Shown here: positions 49,040-62,337 of the stretch, piece by piece
How positions within the stretch are numbered: the stretch's first letter is position 1
How the letters are laid out: each line of letters starts with the position of its first letter
DNA from: Pavona decussata
Lineage: Eukaryota
Assembly (NCBI GenBank): GCA_977016875.1
Contig: CDRNST010000058.1
Span: forward strand, 2,914,001 to 2,978,000
Length of the DNA: 64,000 nucleotides
Reading direction: 5' to 3'
Position numbers and translations under genes: made by a program
Notes under the pieces: model-generated
The model's input: the letters and a program-made list of their open reading frames with translations, nothing else
Database searches by the model: none
What the model was told of the DNA's origin: nothing

Positions 49040-51370
49040 CTATCTTCCGTCCGCTCACATGTAAGTCCTTCAGCCTTTTTCTCAATTCGTCGTCATGGCC
49101 AGTCACTTAGATAAAGATGACTTCATCTATGATGTTGAAAATTTGACAGACCTCATGGCCTCCATGGGAACCGAACTCCCTGAATCAACCGGTGCCCATC
49201 CTAAGAAAGCAAAATCCAAGACAACCTCCACCAAATTCGCGGGTAAATCAGAGGCACGAAACTCCAAGAAAGATTCTCCACCCGCCTCATCCCCAGAAAC
49301 TCTATTGGAAATCGAGAAACTCAAGAATGACAACCTAAGTACTGAACTAGAAATAACGAAGGCCCAACTGGCGATGGCTAAGTTAAACAGTGCTACTCAG
49401 ACGTCACAGTGCCACAGACATCTAAAGTTGCAGAACAGCAACTGTCCCTGCAGGCCGAACTGATATCTACACCACCTCCACTGCTCCATTCCGGGTGATC
49501 CCCGTGCTGAAGCAACTGTAGGAAAAGATGAAAAAACCGGATCTACCCTACCCAATAAATACATCTTCTCCTCAAAAGGTACGATACTTCATGATTCCTT
49601 AGAGCTCTCAGATTTCGTTAATGGGTTGTTAGAGTTCTGAAAGGAACAATCTGATCTAATAAAACCAGCCTTGATAACACATCTTCAACTTCTAAAGGAG
49701 TGTTCATCTACTTACACCTGGTCGAGTGTCGATAGCTTTCATTTAGCGATTGCTACTGCAATAGAACAGAATAGGCTATCATGGTCAAACTCTGAAAAAA
49801 AAAATCGCAAACATTCTTCACTCACCAAGATCTGCGCATCACTTTGTGGTCACGCTCGTCGGGCACTCCACGACAGCAGAGTCAAGCGGATCCGCAATCG
49901 CCCTTTCAGCGATCCTTGAACCGTTCTGACTGCGCACAGAAGGAAAGCTATTGCCAGGACTGGAACTATACTGCAAAATGTAGTTGTTCTGCTACGGCTA
50001 CAACATATGCCACCAACCACCAATGTCGTGTATGCGACTCGGTGGAACATCCTATGTTGCATTGTGCAAAATGCAAATTTCCCATCCCCAGTCACGACAA
50101 TTAGCTGTGTGGATTCCAGTCGAGACTGACATCTCTCGTAAGTTGGTCTCGCTGACTTAGTGAGATTAACTTCGCATTACAATTTTCAAGAACAGATTCA
50201 AGAATTAACAACAGCCTTTAACATTGAACATTGGAACTATTATCTGAACAATTATTCCGATGCTATTGTGACACAGTTTTTGCAATTTGGTTGGCCCATC
50301 AATTACACTTTGAGTCAGCTTCCGCGCTCAACAATTTATAATCACCCGTACGCGCATCGCAATCTGCAGCTGCTTTGCAATTACGTTTAACAACAACTTC
50401 CAATATCTTGCTATAATTGGCCCGTTTAAATTGAATCCTTTTAGTGTTGATTGTGTTGTATCTCCTTTACAATGTGTTCCAAAACGTGACTCCAGTGTCC
50501 CACGTGTGGTTCATGATCTCAGTTTTTCACCTGGACAGTCGGTTAATGGTGGCATGATGCCCGATGAAAACCTCAACGAACCTTTCAAATTGCCTTTGCC
50601 CAGGATAGACAGACTTACCGAGTTTATTAATCTCAAGGGTCCTGGTTGCCTTGTTTTTAAAAAGGACCTCAAACGAGCCTACGGACAAATTCCTGTGGAT
50701 CCGCACAATTATCATCTTCTCGTTTCTCAGTGGATGGTCAGTTTTATTTTCACACTGCCATGCCTTCTGGTTTATGCTCAGCTACTTTGGCCGGCCAACG
50801 AATGAAAGCTGTCGCGCATATTCTTAACCAAGAAGGAATTCTCTTAGATGTTTATATTGATGATTTCTTCGGCACTGAAACCGCCGAACTTGCCACTTGA
50901 TCGTATGACTCATTTATTTTCCGAGCTCGGATTGCAATCATCGCTTTCTAAAGATACTCCCCCCACGCACACAATAACCTGTTTAAGAATATCTGTGAAC
51001 AGGCTAACAATGACATTGACAATTCCCGAGTTCCGCTTGCACAAACTTCAACACCTTCTTTCTTTATGGTTGGATAAGACCCATTTCTCTAAGCGCAAAT
51101 TGCAACAACTTCTGGGCAAACTGGCCTTTGTTACGGCCTTCACATGCCTTCAGTTGTCATTTAATCAATGCCCTACGTGCCTGTTTTGCGAGTCCCAGAC
51201 GTCAGTTATTTCCTGTCAGCGATGTTATGCGTGAGGATCTTATCTGGTGAAAACGTTTTCTTCAACACTACAATGGCGTCTCAATGATCCTGAATGCTGT
51301 CATCGTGTCTGATCTAGAATTGTTCACTTGTGATGCTTGTCTTGACGCCTGTGGTGCGGTGTGTTTTGTT
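49040..51370 (+). mobile_element. Second DIRS/Ngaro-like remnant (gag, RT, start of RNaseH)
   Basis: YCQDWN..HQCRVCDSVEHPMLHC; FLQFGWPI, SPLQCVPK, RVVHDLS, KKDLKRAYGQIP, YIDDFFG, LQQLLGKL, FTCDACL; heavily frameshifted. Confidence 0.8.
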
Positions 51371-54300
51371 TTGTATTATCTTTGGCAGTGCGTAAATGCT
51401 TTGTTTATCATTAGATCGCCATGTTGAAATGCTTTCCTAAATGTGTTTCACAAAGGAAATCTATTTTCGAACAGTGCTTACCCCATTACGCAAAAATAAT
51501 TCAAAATCCACTTAGTTTCTTTATTGCGACATGGGTGAGAACTGTTTGCCAAAGTACCAAGACGCGCTGTGATCAAAAGGCGTAGAATAGAAGGGCAACA
51601 AATCGATTTTTCATTGAGAAAAGTTTATCTCGAAACAAGCCATTTCCTTCCCTGCAACACGATTTGAATAAGCGAGAAATGAGGATGAGAACTGTTACGC
51701 ATTAAAAGAAAACAGCCTCTATGTCACGCACTGCGTGACTTACAGCTTTACTGGCTTTCAAGAGAGCGGTCTTTGTATGAAGTGCAGTTATTTTCCCTTA
51801 CGGTTAAGTGAAAAGTTACAACCACGTTAATGAAATAATGTGACCGTGTTGCTTGAAGTTCCTTATGCTACTAGTAGTTGGGGAGGGAGAAGTAACTGTA
51901 GTAGAATTAACAAGAGAGAGACAGTGAGTGGTTTTTTCATCTGTTTTCAGTTGTCATTGCATAGGGGGAGGGGGTGGGAGAGAGAAGTAAAGTTCTGTCG
52001 TAGAATTAACGAAAGAAATAGTAAGCAAGTGGTTTTTGCGCTGTTTATGTTTGGTTTTCTCAAGGAGTTTTGTCCACGATTGTAAAACTGCGAAACGTTT
52101 TCAAAACCAGGGAGAGCAAAAATTCGGACAAATCCGAGTGAAATCGAAAACCGGGCTGACATAAGTCAGTTATGCTCTCAGCCCTTTAATTAAGTACTGT
52201 ATTTTTTGTCAGCAGTCGTTATAATCTAATTAGTGTTATAGGCGTTGCAAACCTCAATTTTGTATTGTTAATAGTAAATTGATTGTATGTAGCTTTTCTT
52301 TTCGTAACTTCCTATTTTCTTTCTACATTGGCTGTATTTTGAAAAATGTAAGTAGTGCAAGTTAGGTTTAGTTATTGTAAGTTATGTTACGGTATTCAAA
52401 GAAACGCATGGTATTGTTTAATTAGTAAGAAATGTTAGTATTGGAATAAAATTGCAATAAAAAAAACATTTATTGGCCTACAAAACATGTACGGCCCCGG
52501 AGTTATTGGATGTCAAAATCAACGCCAACACCCTCAAAGGAATGGGCAACAACAAGAACACACAAGTCATCACAAGCCAGAGCCAAGCGGAAGTTCAAAT
52601 ATTCGCAAGTGTTGGTTGCTATGGAGTGATGTCATAATCCGCTGAGATTCAATTATCACCTTCACAGCTCTTTTGATTGCTTGCTGTTATTTTATGTACA
52701 ATATTCCTGTGCAGTGCAGTCTGTTTATTTTGAGGGCTGAATCGGCTATTTGACCTTGGTAGTCATTGAGAGGTTGGATTTCATATGTATAATTGCGTAG
52801 CAAAAATGGTCAAGGTTAATTCTCCCGTGGGTGAGTGCAGACAGATATGGAAGGCTTTGAACTTCGAAGCGCTTAATTGCAGCACCCCACTACAACAAAA
52901 ATTTCAAAAAACTGGTTTGTCTTAAATGAGAAGATATGCGACGTTCGTGTTGGCAAATTTCTGTCTCATTGCCTGTTAGTGGCAAACTTTCCTACTCAAT
53001 TTGCGATGGTACAGCTCTCTGATTTTAAAAATGGAGGGAATTTTTATCGGCGAGGCGTGCAGAAAGAAGAAGGGCCCATTGCCTCTACCTTTGGCTTTGT
53101 TTCTGCCATCCTTTGGGAGAAATTCAAGGCACAGGAAATAGACAAGTATCTTTGGCTGGTAAAAGAAATAAATTCATTGAATTTTAATACAAAGTTGAAC
53201 GAAATTGAAGACCACGAGGATCAAGCAACGTTGAGCGATGCCTCTGAAGAACTGCAAACTGTGTGCAATGCAATCAAAGGTGTTGAGGAGAAAAATATGC
53301 AGCTTAAAGTGGATCTTGAGCGAGCTTGAGACAGATCATCAGCAATACAGCAAGCAAATAAAATAATGTAAAATAAAAGGGAACGACTAACAGATTACAC
53401 CTTGCTAGAAGCAAGTTCTTTGGACATCGTTTACCGCTCTTTAATCTTTCCAGTAGGAACTCAACTGAAATACAGCTAAAGCCTACTCCTATTTTCATTA
53501 ATAGAAATGTGTTGCGAAACCAAAAGAAACCATTTCTTCCGTAGTTAAACATGGCGGCAAGGATATCCTTTGCTTAATTACGTTATCCAGGGCGATAAGT
53601 TTACTCCTACTTAATTTAAATGATTTGCCGAAAAGTAACCACAAAAACCTTGTTCCTGCTAACACATTTTAGTAATAGTGTGGTTGCGAACACCCAACAT
53701 TCCTACGTGATATGTATATAAAAAAGCGGTTTTTTTTTCGGGATTCTAGACTTCGAAATTTTACCCCCAGCTTTGGCGCTTCGCAACTGCCTCTGTTGTC
53801 TGAAAGTCTGGCTACGTACGGGTCTGATGTCTATATCTTTCTGATGGAATAATATTTGAATCCTTTCTTCAATTTCAGAATTTCACTTGGTCTGGACAAG
53901 CGTTTTTGATTTTAGATTATGTCCCGCTAAAACACTATTATTTACAATGCTAAACGTGTTGATACAGTGGCAGTGGACTTTGCTCGATTTCTTGCAGATA
54001 TGTAAGGAAAACCAAGATAAGACCCGATAAGAGTTTAACAAGTCTGCATGCCACACTCCCTGTAATTGGCTACATGTGTGCGTACATCGATGCGGCATTT
54101 TGACGTTTTTAGATTTTCGGTCTGATTTTCAGTCTGACAAGCATTTTTTGCGAGATTTTTTTCATAGATGGATCTTTATGGAAGATATCCTTTTTCATGA
54201 AATGAAATTAGTTAAATATACATGTATTTCATACATATCCTTTTTTTGTCACAAAATTGACAAGTTGTCAACGGTTCAGTCTCATGTATGTCAATAAGGT

Positions 54301-54792
54301 AAATTTCTGGCTTGCTTTGTTGATAAGTTTTTTCGGGGAAGCCCCTTTTGAGGGTCTCTCAGAAAAAGTAGTTATTGAAGAAAGTTTCCTTAGAATGCCA
54401 ATCTTAGAATTCGAAAACCTTCCTCTGTGGCTATCAAAACTGAGATTTTTTATACTCTGTCAATGCATAAATTTATGTTTAGAAAGTATGAAAAAAGCCG
54501 AATTTATCATGGCTGTGTAATTTTTAATCAGATTTAGATTTTATGTTTTTACTTTTTATTACATTTCATAGCTATTTTTATTTTAATTAATTATCATTAT
54601 TATTTCAACTCAAATTAAGTTTATTATATAGGGCCTCTATGGATAGCAGTTATTTTGTACAAAAACTGAAGGAGTTACTCTATCAAAAAAAAAAGGTTTA
54701 TCTTTTTTTTACACACAGTTTAAGAGTCATTGTCTGAGAAAACCAGGCAGAGGTGAAAAATGGGGGTCGGCCGATTTCCTTCAAACTTTCAC

Positions 54793-55668
54793 CTCTCTCC
54801 TCCACAGAGGCTCCATCAGTGGAGAAACGTAGAAGAAAGGAGGGGAAAGGAAGGAAAACGGGGGAAATAAAAAATCGGGGGCGTGCGGGGGGCGATGGGA
54901 AGGGGAAAAAAGCGGGAGCCTCTGCCAGATAATGTTTTCAAAATGGCGCCCGATTTCCGAGGGAGACTGGACCTAACTCTACTTCTTCATGAATATTCAC
55001 AAAATGGCGGAACATGCAGTACCACAAGAACAGGAAATTTTCTCTCTTTCTGAGCGCCCGTTTCAAATGGCGAGACAAAACAGTAAAATAGTATGTTTTA
55101 AATGCTTTGAAGATCAACATTTGGTAAATTTTTTCGTCGAGGGAGCGGGCTTAAGCCAGCATTTCCGCACGATGCATCGCAACTGCGATGTTGACATGGC
55201 AAAATGTTTGGCCATTTTTCAGGAGCATCACGCCAAGGAAACGGCGAACGCAGTACGACAGTTAAACACATGTCGATTGAAATCGGTGAGTGAATTTTCG
55301 TTTAATTCATATCAAGGAAACTGTGAATATGTTTCCAGTAATCTAAAATTTACAATTATTCTAACAATTTAGGCCGTCATAAAAATAAGTTGTTTGCTCA
55401 TATTTTTCAGTGCACTGATACGGATCAGAATTCTATACTTAGGTCTTTAAAAGAATATTCAAAATCGTCGAGATCTTTGTCTGGTTCGGCCATAACCAGA
55501 GAACCGCAAATCCTGCCAGAGAACCGCACGTTATCTGGCAGAGGCTTCTCTCCTTTTCCTCTCCCTTCCCAGCGTCCCCCGCGCGCTTTGATATTTCTCT
55601 CCTCCAGACTCTACTCGTTTAATTTCCCTCTCCCCAGGGTTTCTAAGAAGCCTCTGCGGAGGAGAGAG
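54793..55668. mobile_element. Non-autonomous element with long imperfect TIRs and 9-bp TSD (MULE-like), carrying a coding exon
   Basis: ctctctcctccacagaggc / gcctctgcggaggagagag; inner inverted match agcctctgccagataa / ttatctggcagaggct; aactttcac duplicated at 54784-54792 and 55669-55677. Confidence 0.85.
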
Positions 55669-56799
55669 AACTTTCACCATTTAATGTCTGTCCAAAATGA
55701 TAATGAGTGATGCTATTGAGCAATTCTCCTGCTGTTGCATTCCGTAGTTTGACCACCCGCCTGGTTTTGACCCTCACTGACCCTGATGTCACGCAAAATA
55801 TATGCAGAATTTGAAGGTCAACAAAATATATTTTGCTTCATTTCTGGGTACATATTGATTGTTTCTATTGTTTACCACCTAAAAAAAGTTGTTAACAGAA
55901 AATATCCCGACTTAACATAAAGCTTATTTTTTTATAGAATTTTGCAATTTCCTTGCGATCGCGAAAATGTCTTGGGCCAAATGTGAGGCAATTTCGAAAC
56001 TTTTTCTCACAGTTGCAGCGTTCCTTTTCAAAAATTTCATGATATTTTTTAAGCCAAACATCTGTTCTCCCAAAATCAGTAAACTCTAACTTGAGCCATT
56101 AAAATGCGTTTGCATAAGCCACGCTCAAAGTCAAAGATGACTCGGTATTTTTGCTAATACAGTTTCACAGCGGGTTTTTCTTTATTTCATCTTCTTTTTT
56201 TTCTTTTTTTGTACTCAGCCAAGAAATGGAAAAAGCTTTAAAGCTCACGAAATCTTGGACATTCTCTCTAAAGATCAGCCAGGCGAGGTCAAGTGTACTT
56301 GTCAACCCATGAAAGTGAAATATAATTCGGCTTTCTTGATTGACATTCGAGTTGTACCCCTCGGTGATTTGCCAGCGGACGGAAATGGTTGGTATGTGAA
56401 CAATTGACAAGTGACGCACACGTATCCGTGTTCTTCCCCGAAATGGCAAAAAGGGAAACTCCTGTTTAACATTCAAAACAACAAATGATTTCCATATAAT
56501 GCATGAATACAAGAAATAAGGAGACTTAAGTCAGATAATACATTATCTTAATGACATTAATGGTGATACTCTCAACAATGTTGCGTTATTACAGTACACG
56601 TTTACCCGGAGGGAACACGTCCTTGCCCCAGCTTTTCACGGTAATGCAGAAAGAAATAAGGTTTTCACCAGAACAAAATTATCTGTTCATCGAAAACTGC
56701 AAGAAAATCGCATTACCCTGTAAGCGAAGTGGTAGCAAAAACAAGGCGAGAGCTAGGAGGGCCTCTTTCCGTAAGTTCAGAGGCTGACATGTCCCGTGG

Positions 56800-57700
56800 G
56801 AGGACTCAGGCATGACATGAAACAGGCGTGTGCGAGGTCATCTTGTTCAGAACGCAGATCCAGAGAAACAGATGAGATCACAATTCTTAATTGCTTTGCT
56901 CATACAGAAGGAAGGGACTTTGTACGAATGCAAGAGTTATCAGGGGAGCCCCTAATTTTATTAGGAACCGACTATCAAATTGCTGACTTGTTGCGATTCT
57001 GCACGGAAGATCTGGATTTCAGCCACCTGTAAGTCGAATTAACGTTCAATTCTGGAAATTTCAGTGGAACACCAACCTCTTACAGAAACGTACTTTTAAA
57101 ATCTGTCAAGACTGGCAAATGTCCTGTGTTCATTGGACCTGTCTTTATCCATCACACCAAATCTAAGCAAACTTACTTAAAGTGTTTTAACAAACTTAAG
57201 AGCATTGTACTAGCACTGGAGGATCTAGTGGCTTTTGGGACGGATGGCGAACACAGCCTAAGTGAGGCACTGTGCACCTGCTTTTCTAAGGCGTTACATC
57301 TCTGCTGCTTCCGTCACTTCAAAGACAACGTAAGAAATACTCGGGAAACAAGAAGGATGGACCTACCATCCAGGCCTCCTAGATTCAAATTGTCAAGATG
57401 ACTTTGATGCAATTCTGTTTTCACTTAAACAGCCTTGATCAGGAAGGGAAGGCATGGGAGATGGGGAGTCCAAGTTCTACGATTGGATAACGGAGAGGGC
57501 CTGTATGATGAAAAGTTGCAGGAATGCTGACGTGCGAACAAAGGCGGGCCTTGGTTCGGCTCCCAATAAATTTTACACCAATGATCGCGAAAATACAAAC
57601 GGCAGGCTCAGAAAGAAAACCCATGGCAAAGAGTTTGGCGAGACTGCATTTGCAAAAGCAGTGAAAGAAATGATCGAGGACGACCAAGAAGCATAGGTCA
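56800..57700 (+). pseudogene. MULE/Mutator-like DDE transposase remnant
   Basis: FVR..EP..LRFC, LTFNSGNF..TSYRN, PVFIGPVFIH, AFGTDGE, HLCCFRH (CxxH), FYTNDREN; stops and deletions. Confidence 0.7.
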
Positions 57701-57977
57701 TTTTAGCACCGAAAGGCCTTTGAAAGGCCTTTTCACCTGTCATTTGCGACATCCATGTGCAACAACATTCGTTTACTGGTATGCCTTCACTCCAATATTC
57801 TGTACCCCAAGGTTTTCCCCTGCCGCCCAAACCTGCCATCCCCGAATCTTCCAACCCGTTTTTTTAATGAATTCAAAAATTATTGTGAAGGAAGTTTTCA
57901 AAAGAATACACAATGTATTAATAGCATGGCAGTCATTGGACGTTTAGAGGTGGACTGGTATCCAAATATATACTTGG

Positions 57978-59723
57978 ATGGTACCAAGTGTTGGAAGTTG
58001 GGAAGAGAACAAAGGAGATAATGCCATCAACCCTTGTCTAGTAACTAACCATACTAGGGAAATGCTGGATGCAGAATACGCCAGGTGGTTGCCTCCACTG
58101 GTAGGACCTAACAGTAGGCCACCCAGAGGAAGATCTGGGGCCACCAGGGTATGGACTGGACTACCATTGCGCAATGCCAGGGCGAGGCGTAGGACTGCTT
58201 ACGCCCGAACGCAGCGATCTTTCAGATTATCAAGGAAGCGCTGTGCTCGCTACGTCCTTTCCAGTACCTGGGAGGAGCAACCTTTCCCAGTACCTATGGC
58301 CATACAAGAGCCGTACTGGCGTGGCATATTCCAACAGCCATCCTTGCACGACGATCGCAGACCTCCTCTAAAAGGGCCGGTTGAATGGGATCTGGTCAAA
58401 CCTATTACCATCGAGAATGTGACCAGAGCAATCAAACGAATGTCTGACGGGGCCCCCGGGCCAGATTGCCGATCCCTTAGTGACTTGAAATGGCTAAGGC
58501 GTGATGAGGTGGCGGCCCACTTTAATGTGTGGCTGCTGGCAGGTAATTGGCCTTCACCTCTCTGCCGCGGGGAGACTGTCCTGATCGCCAAAGAGCAGGG
58601 CACCACGTCACCAGAGAAACACTGCCCGATTACAATATCGGATACCATCTTGCGCTGCTTCCATAAGATCCTTGCTTCCCAGTTAGAGGCAACTCTACCG
58701 TGGAACACGTGCCAAAAGGCGTTTATGAGAGGGGATTGCGTGGCTGATTGGATCTGGCTTCTGCAGACGACCATACGCCAACATCAGAGGACACTCCGAC
58801 CGCTAAACATCGCCTTTCTTGACATTAAGACAACCTTTGAATATGTGGGCCACGAGAGTCTCTTGCTCGCTGCTGGGAGGATGGGCGTACCACCCCCTTT
58901 GTTGGGCTATCTGGACAAGCTCTATGGGGACGCCTGGACATACCCAAGCATTGGCCCTGACCACAGTGACCCTATCAGGGTGTCGCAGGGAGTGAGACAG
59001 GGCAATCCTCTCTCTGTCCACCTCTTTAACGCTACTTTCGACTGGGCTCTGGGCTGCCTCGATCCTGAGCTTGGTGTAATGGTTGGGGAGGCGAGAGTGA
59101 ATGCCGCAGCATTTGCAGACATTGCGCTGATCGCAGGGACATCACGCGGCCTCCAGCACCTGCTCGACCACCTTGCTGCTAAGTTTCGGCTCAGTTGCTT
59201 GGAAGTTAGTGCGGGGCTGGATGAAAAGTCAGCCAGTCTGCAGATTAACGTTGATGGCAAGAGGAAGATGTGGATTGTCAACCCACATCCCCACCTGCAG
59301 GTTTTGGGGCAATCGATTCCTGCAATAGGTGTCGCTGATACTCAGCGATATCTGGGGGTTCCTCTCTCTCCGATGAGAATGAGGCCGGACATCGCTGGCA
59401 AGCTTAACAAAGGGTTAGGGAACATATCCCGAGCCCCTCTTAAGCCCCAGCAGCATCTGTTCACCCTCACCAACAATCTCATTCCAGCCTTGTATCACCA
59501 GTTGGTATTGACCTCGACTAGAAAGAAGTACTTGAAGTGGCTAGCTAGGTCCGTTAGGGCGGCTGTACGATCCTGGTTGAAGTTGCCGAGTGATACGCCC
59601 AAGGCCTTCTTCCATGCTAAGATCTTTGATGGTGGTCTTGGTATTGTCACTCTTGAGCATCAGGTCCTGATGATGGCATCCAAACATGGCATGTCTGCGC
59701 AAAAGGCGCCTGTGGTTTCATGA
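57978..59723 (+). mobile_element. R2-like (RLE-clade) non-LTR retrotransposon fragment, RT region only
   Basis: RRTAYARTQRSF (-1 region), APGPD, CPITI, QKAF, FLDIKTTFE, GVRQGNPLS, AFADI (one D lost), RYLGV, LKPQQ, DGGLG; ends before the Zn knuckle and RLE. Confidence 0.85.
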
Positions 59724-61202
59724 CGGCCACTTGCAAGTTCTGATGAGGAGGACCGACGGAGGCATGAATCTGACGGAAGGCCTTATAGCTTTCATTAAGC
59801 AGTGCTTTCCTGGGATTTTAATTGATTGAATGACAGCATTGTAACAGTGTAAAAGACGTGCCTGGTGAGATTCTAATTAAAGGGACAACCTCTATGTTGT
59901 CATTTATTCTGAAGTGTAATTTGCTGCTTGTTGTATATTTAAACACCTGAATGGTTGCTATGACAATGAGCGTAAAGGGGATGTTGGATTACAAATAATT
60001 TTCGGAAAACCTCCGTAATGTCTTCGGCTGATCAATCAATTTTTAAATATAAAAAAATCCCTTAAATGAAAAAAATCAAACTTTTTGGAACATTTTCGGA
60101 GTGTTTTCGTAAAATCTTTGAAGTGTCTTTGGTGCCAATCAATCAATTTGAATAAAAGAAAAAAAATATGGCGTATCATCAGTGCCGATTAATAACTTTG
60201 AATAAAAGAATCACTTAATTTGAATGAAAAACAAAAACAGACTTTCGGATAATCTGTGAAGTGTTTTCGGAAATATTCGGAGTAAGAAAAATCACTAAAA
60301 TGAAAAATACAGACTCTAAAAAATTCTGCCGGAATTCCGGACTCCGGGTTTTCCAGCCTAGCTCGCGGGGGTGGGGTTGATGACGGATCACTCTTGGCTT
60401 TCATTTTTCCTAAACTGAAAAAATTCAAGCACAGCTCTTTTGGATAAAGCAAAAATTTTACTTGACACAATGCTTTACTACAGATATTTCTTAATACTTT
60501 CCGTGGCTTCAGTAAAAGTTATTTTCAAAGTTGTATGTATTTAATTCCTGGTTTGCCCTTATTTATTCAAAAGGAGATGAAAAAAGGCGTCTTGCATGAT
60601 TCTAAGCAGTTTATGTCAATAGAATATTTGCATCCTTTTCTAAATCCATGTTTGGCTGGCTATGTAGATATCACGTTAAATGCCTTTTTTCTTTTTATCT
60701 CCTAAGATTAACACTGACATCCTGGTCCTTTAGAACAAAAACCAAATAAAGGCTTTGTGGCAAATGATTTTTGGTGTCGTAAGGAAGACCATAAGCATCG
60801 CACCCTTCCCAGATGGGGCTCAACGTGGCTTCCATGTTAACCTTTCTGCTTCTGTGGCTTGGGCAGCAAGGGAAACCAGGTTACACTAACCTAAAACGTG
60901 ATGGGAGACCTTTTTTTGGTAGGTGAACAATTTACCACAATCCTCCAAGGTTTCTCATAGATCTAGAAAAGGTAAAAATAATAAATTATTGTCATTGTTA
61001 TGAAATCTTGTAACGGTGGGACTGTTTAGATCAACATTATAAAATTAATAGGGTACAGAAATTACTACAGTGTAAGGTCGCAGTAGTGGCTGTTTATTTT
61101 GAGAACTAGTTAATATCAAGATAAACTTTTAAAAAATATATTTGTGTTGCATCGAAAACAATTTTTAAGTACAGCAATATTAATGTGCCATTACATTTAC
61201 AT

Positions 61203-61701
61203 GCTATATTGATATGCATCTGTGCCTCCATAGGTAGGCAACAGGTAATGATTGGTGTTGTCCCCATCAATGTTCACCATGCCTCAAGTGAAAGTTGTAA
61301 GAGTGTTTATCCAATAGCAATTGCAAATTGACAAGAAAACAGGTGAGAATCATCTGGACCTTCAAGGACAATTTTTTAAAACAATAAATTTAGTAATCAG
61401 CCAGTAAAACGTTAGCACTGTTCAAGGTTTTATATTTATGGATGTTGCTCACACATCACATCACATCATTTACCTGCTACATTGATATGCATCTCTGCCT
61501 CCATAGGTAGGCAACAGGTAATGATTGGTGTTGTCCCCATCAATGTTACCATGCCTCAAGTGAAAGTTGTAAGAGCGTTTATCCAATAGCAATTGCAAAT
61601 TGTCAAGAAAACAGGTGAGAATCATCTTGACCTTTAAAGACAATTTATTAAAATCAATACATTTAGTAGTCAGCCAGTAAAACCCCAGTGCTGTTCAAGG
61701 T
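61203..61701 (+). repeat. Tandem duplication of about 275-bp period containing an exon-like segment
   Basis: gatatgcatct..ccataggtaggcaacagg..aaaacaggtgagaatcatc..ctgttcaagg occurs twice (61203-61430, 61476-61701). Confidence 0.85.
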
Positions 61702-61773
61702 ATGATATGTGATGTGATGAGATTTGACCTGATCTGATACTTAATAACTGGTTTTGGTGCGTCTATAGTATAG

Positions 61774-61816
61774 TATGGTATGGTATGGTATGGTATGGTA
61801 TGGTATGGTATGGTAT
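61774..61816. repeat. (TATGG)n pentanucleotide microsatellite
   Basis: Direct reading. Confidence 0.9.
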
Positions 61817-62139
61817 AGAGTATAGAGTTATTTAGGCTTTTATTATCCGTTTTAACTATTGATTTCTAGATGAAATTAGCAAATATGTCATGGATCAAGA
61901 TGACAGAGATAAATTGGTAGGCTAAACCTATAGTTATTTATTATGAAATTTCCTTCTTTTGTTCTGACTCCTCTCATTAACAGAAAACTGATTTTCTTCT
62001 ATAACTACATTCATAAAACTTCTTAGGCCCTGGACGACGAGGTGTTGGCACGTGCATCTGAAGGTAAAAGCTACGAAGCTCCTTTATAATTATACTATAT
62101 GACCATGCTCAACATGGCACTACATACAGGTGGCATACA

Positions 62140-62337
62140 TACAGCTGTTTCGAGAAAGGTTGTCCGAAAAAAGCCTACGCGACAATGCCAAAAGGTAGTC
62201 TGGGAAATACCCAATTGCGGGCAATATGATTCTGACCTTTTATGGAAATTTATTGGTTATTTCCCAGACTACCTTTTGGCATTGTCGCGTATGCTTTTAC
62301 TCTGTTTTTGGACAACCTTTGTCGAAACAGCGGTGTA
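62140..62337. mobile_element. Hairpin (foldback) MITE with ~75-bp arms
   Basis: ctgtttcgagaaaggttgtcc..tacgcgacaatgccaaaaggtagtctgggaaata mirrored by tatttcccagactaccttttggcattgtcgcgta..ggacaacctttgtcgaaacag. Confidence 0.8.

Noticed and set aside
52877-53329. 150-aa ORF with a coiled-coil-like end
   Set aside because: No recognisable motif or supporting structure; left uncalled.
57900-59900. 28S rRNA around the R2-like ORF
   Set aside because: No R2 target or other rRNA-like sequence seen.
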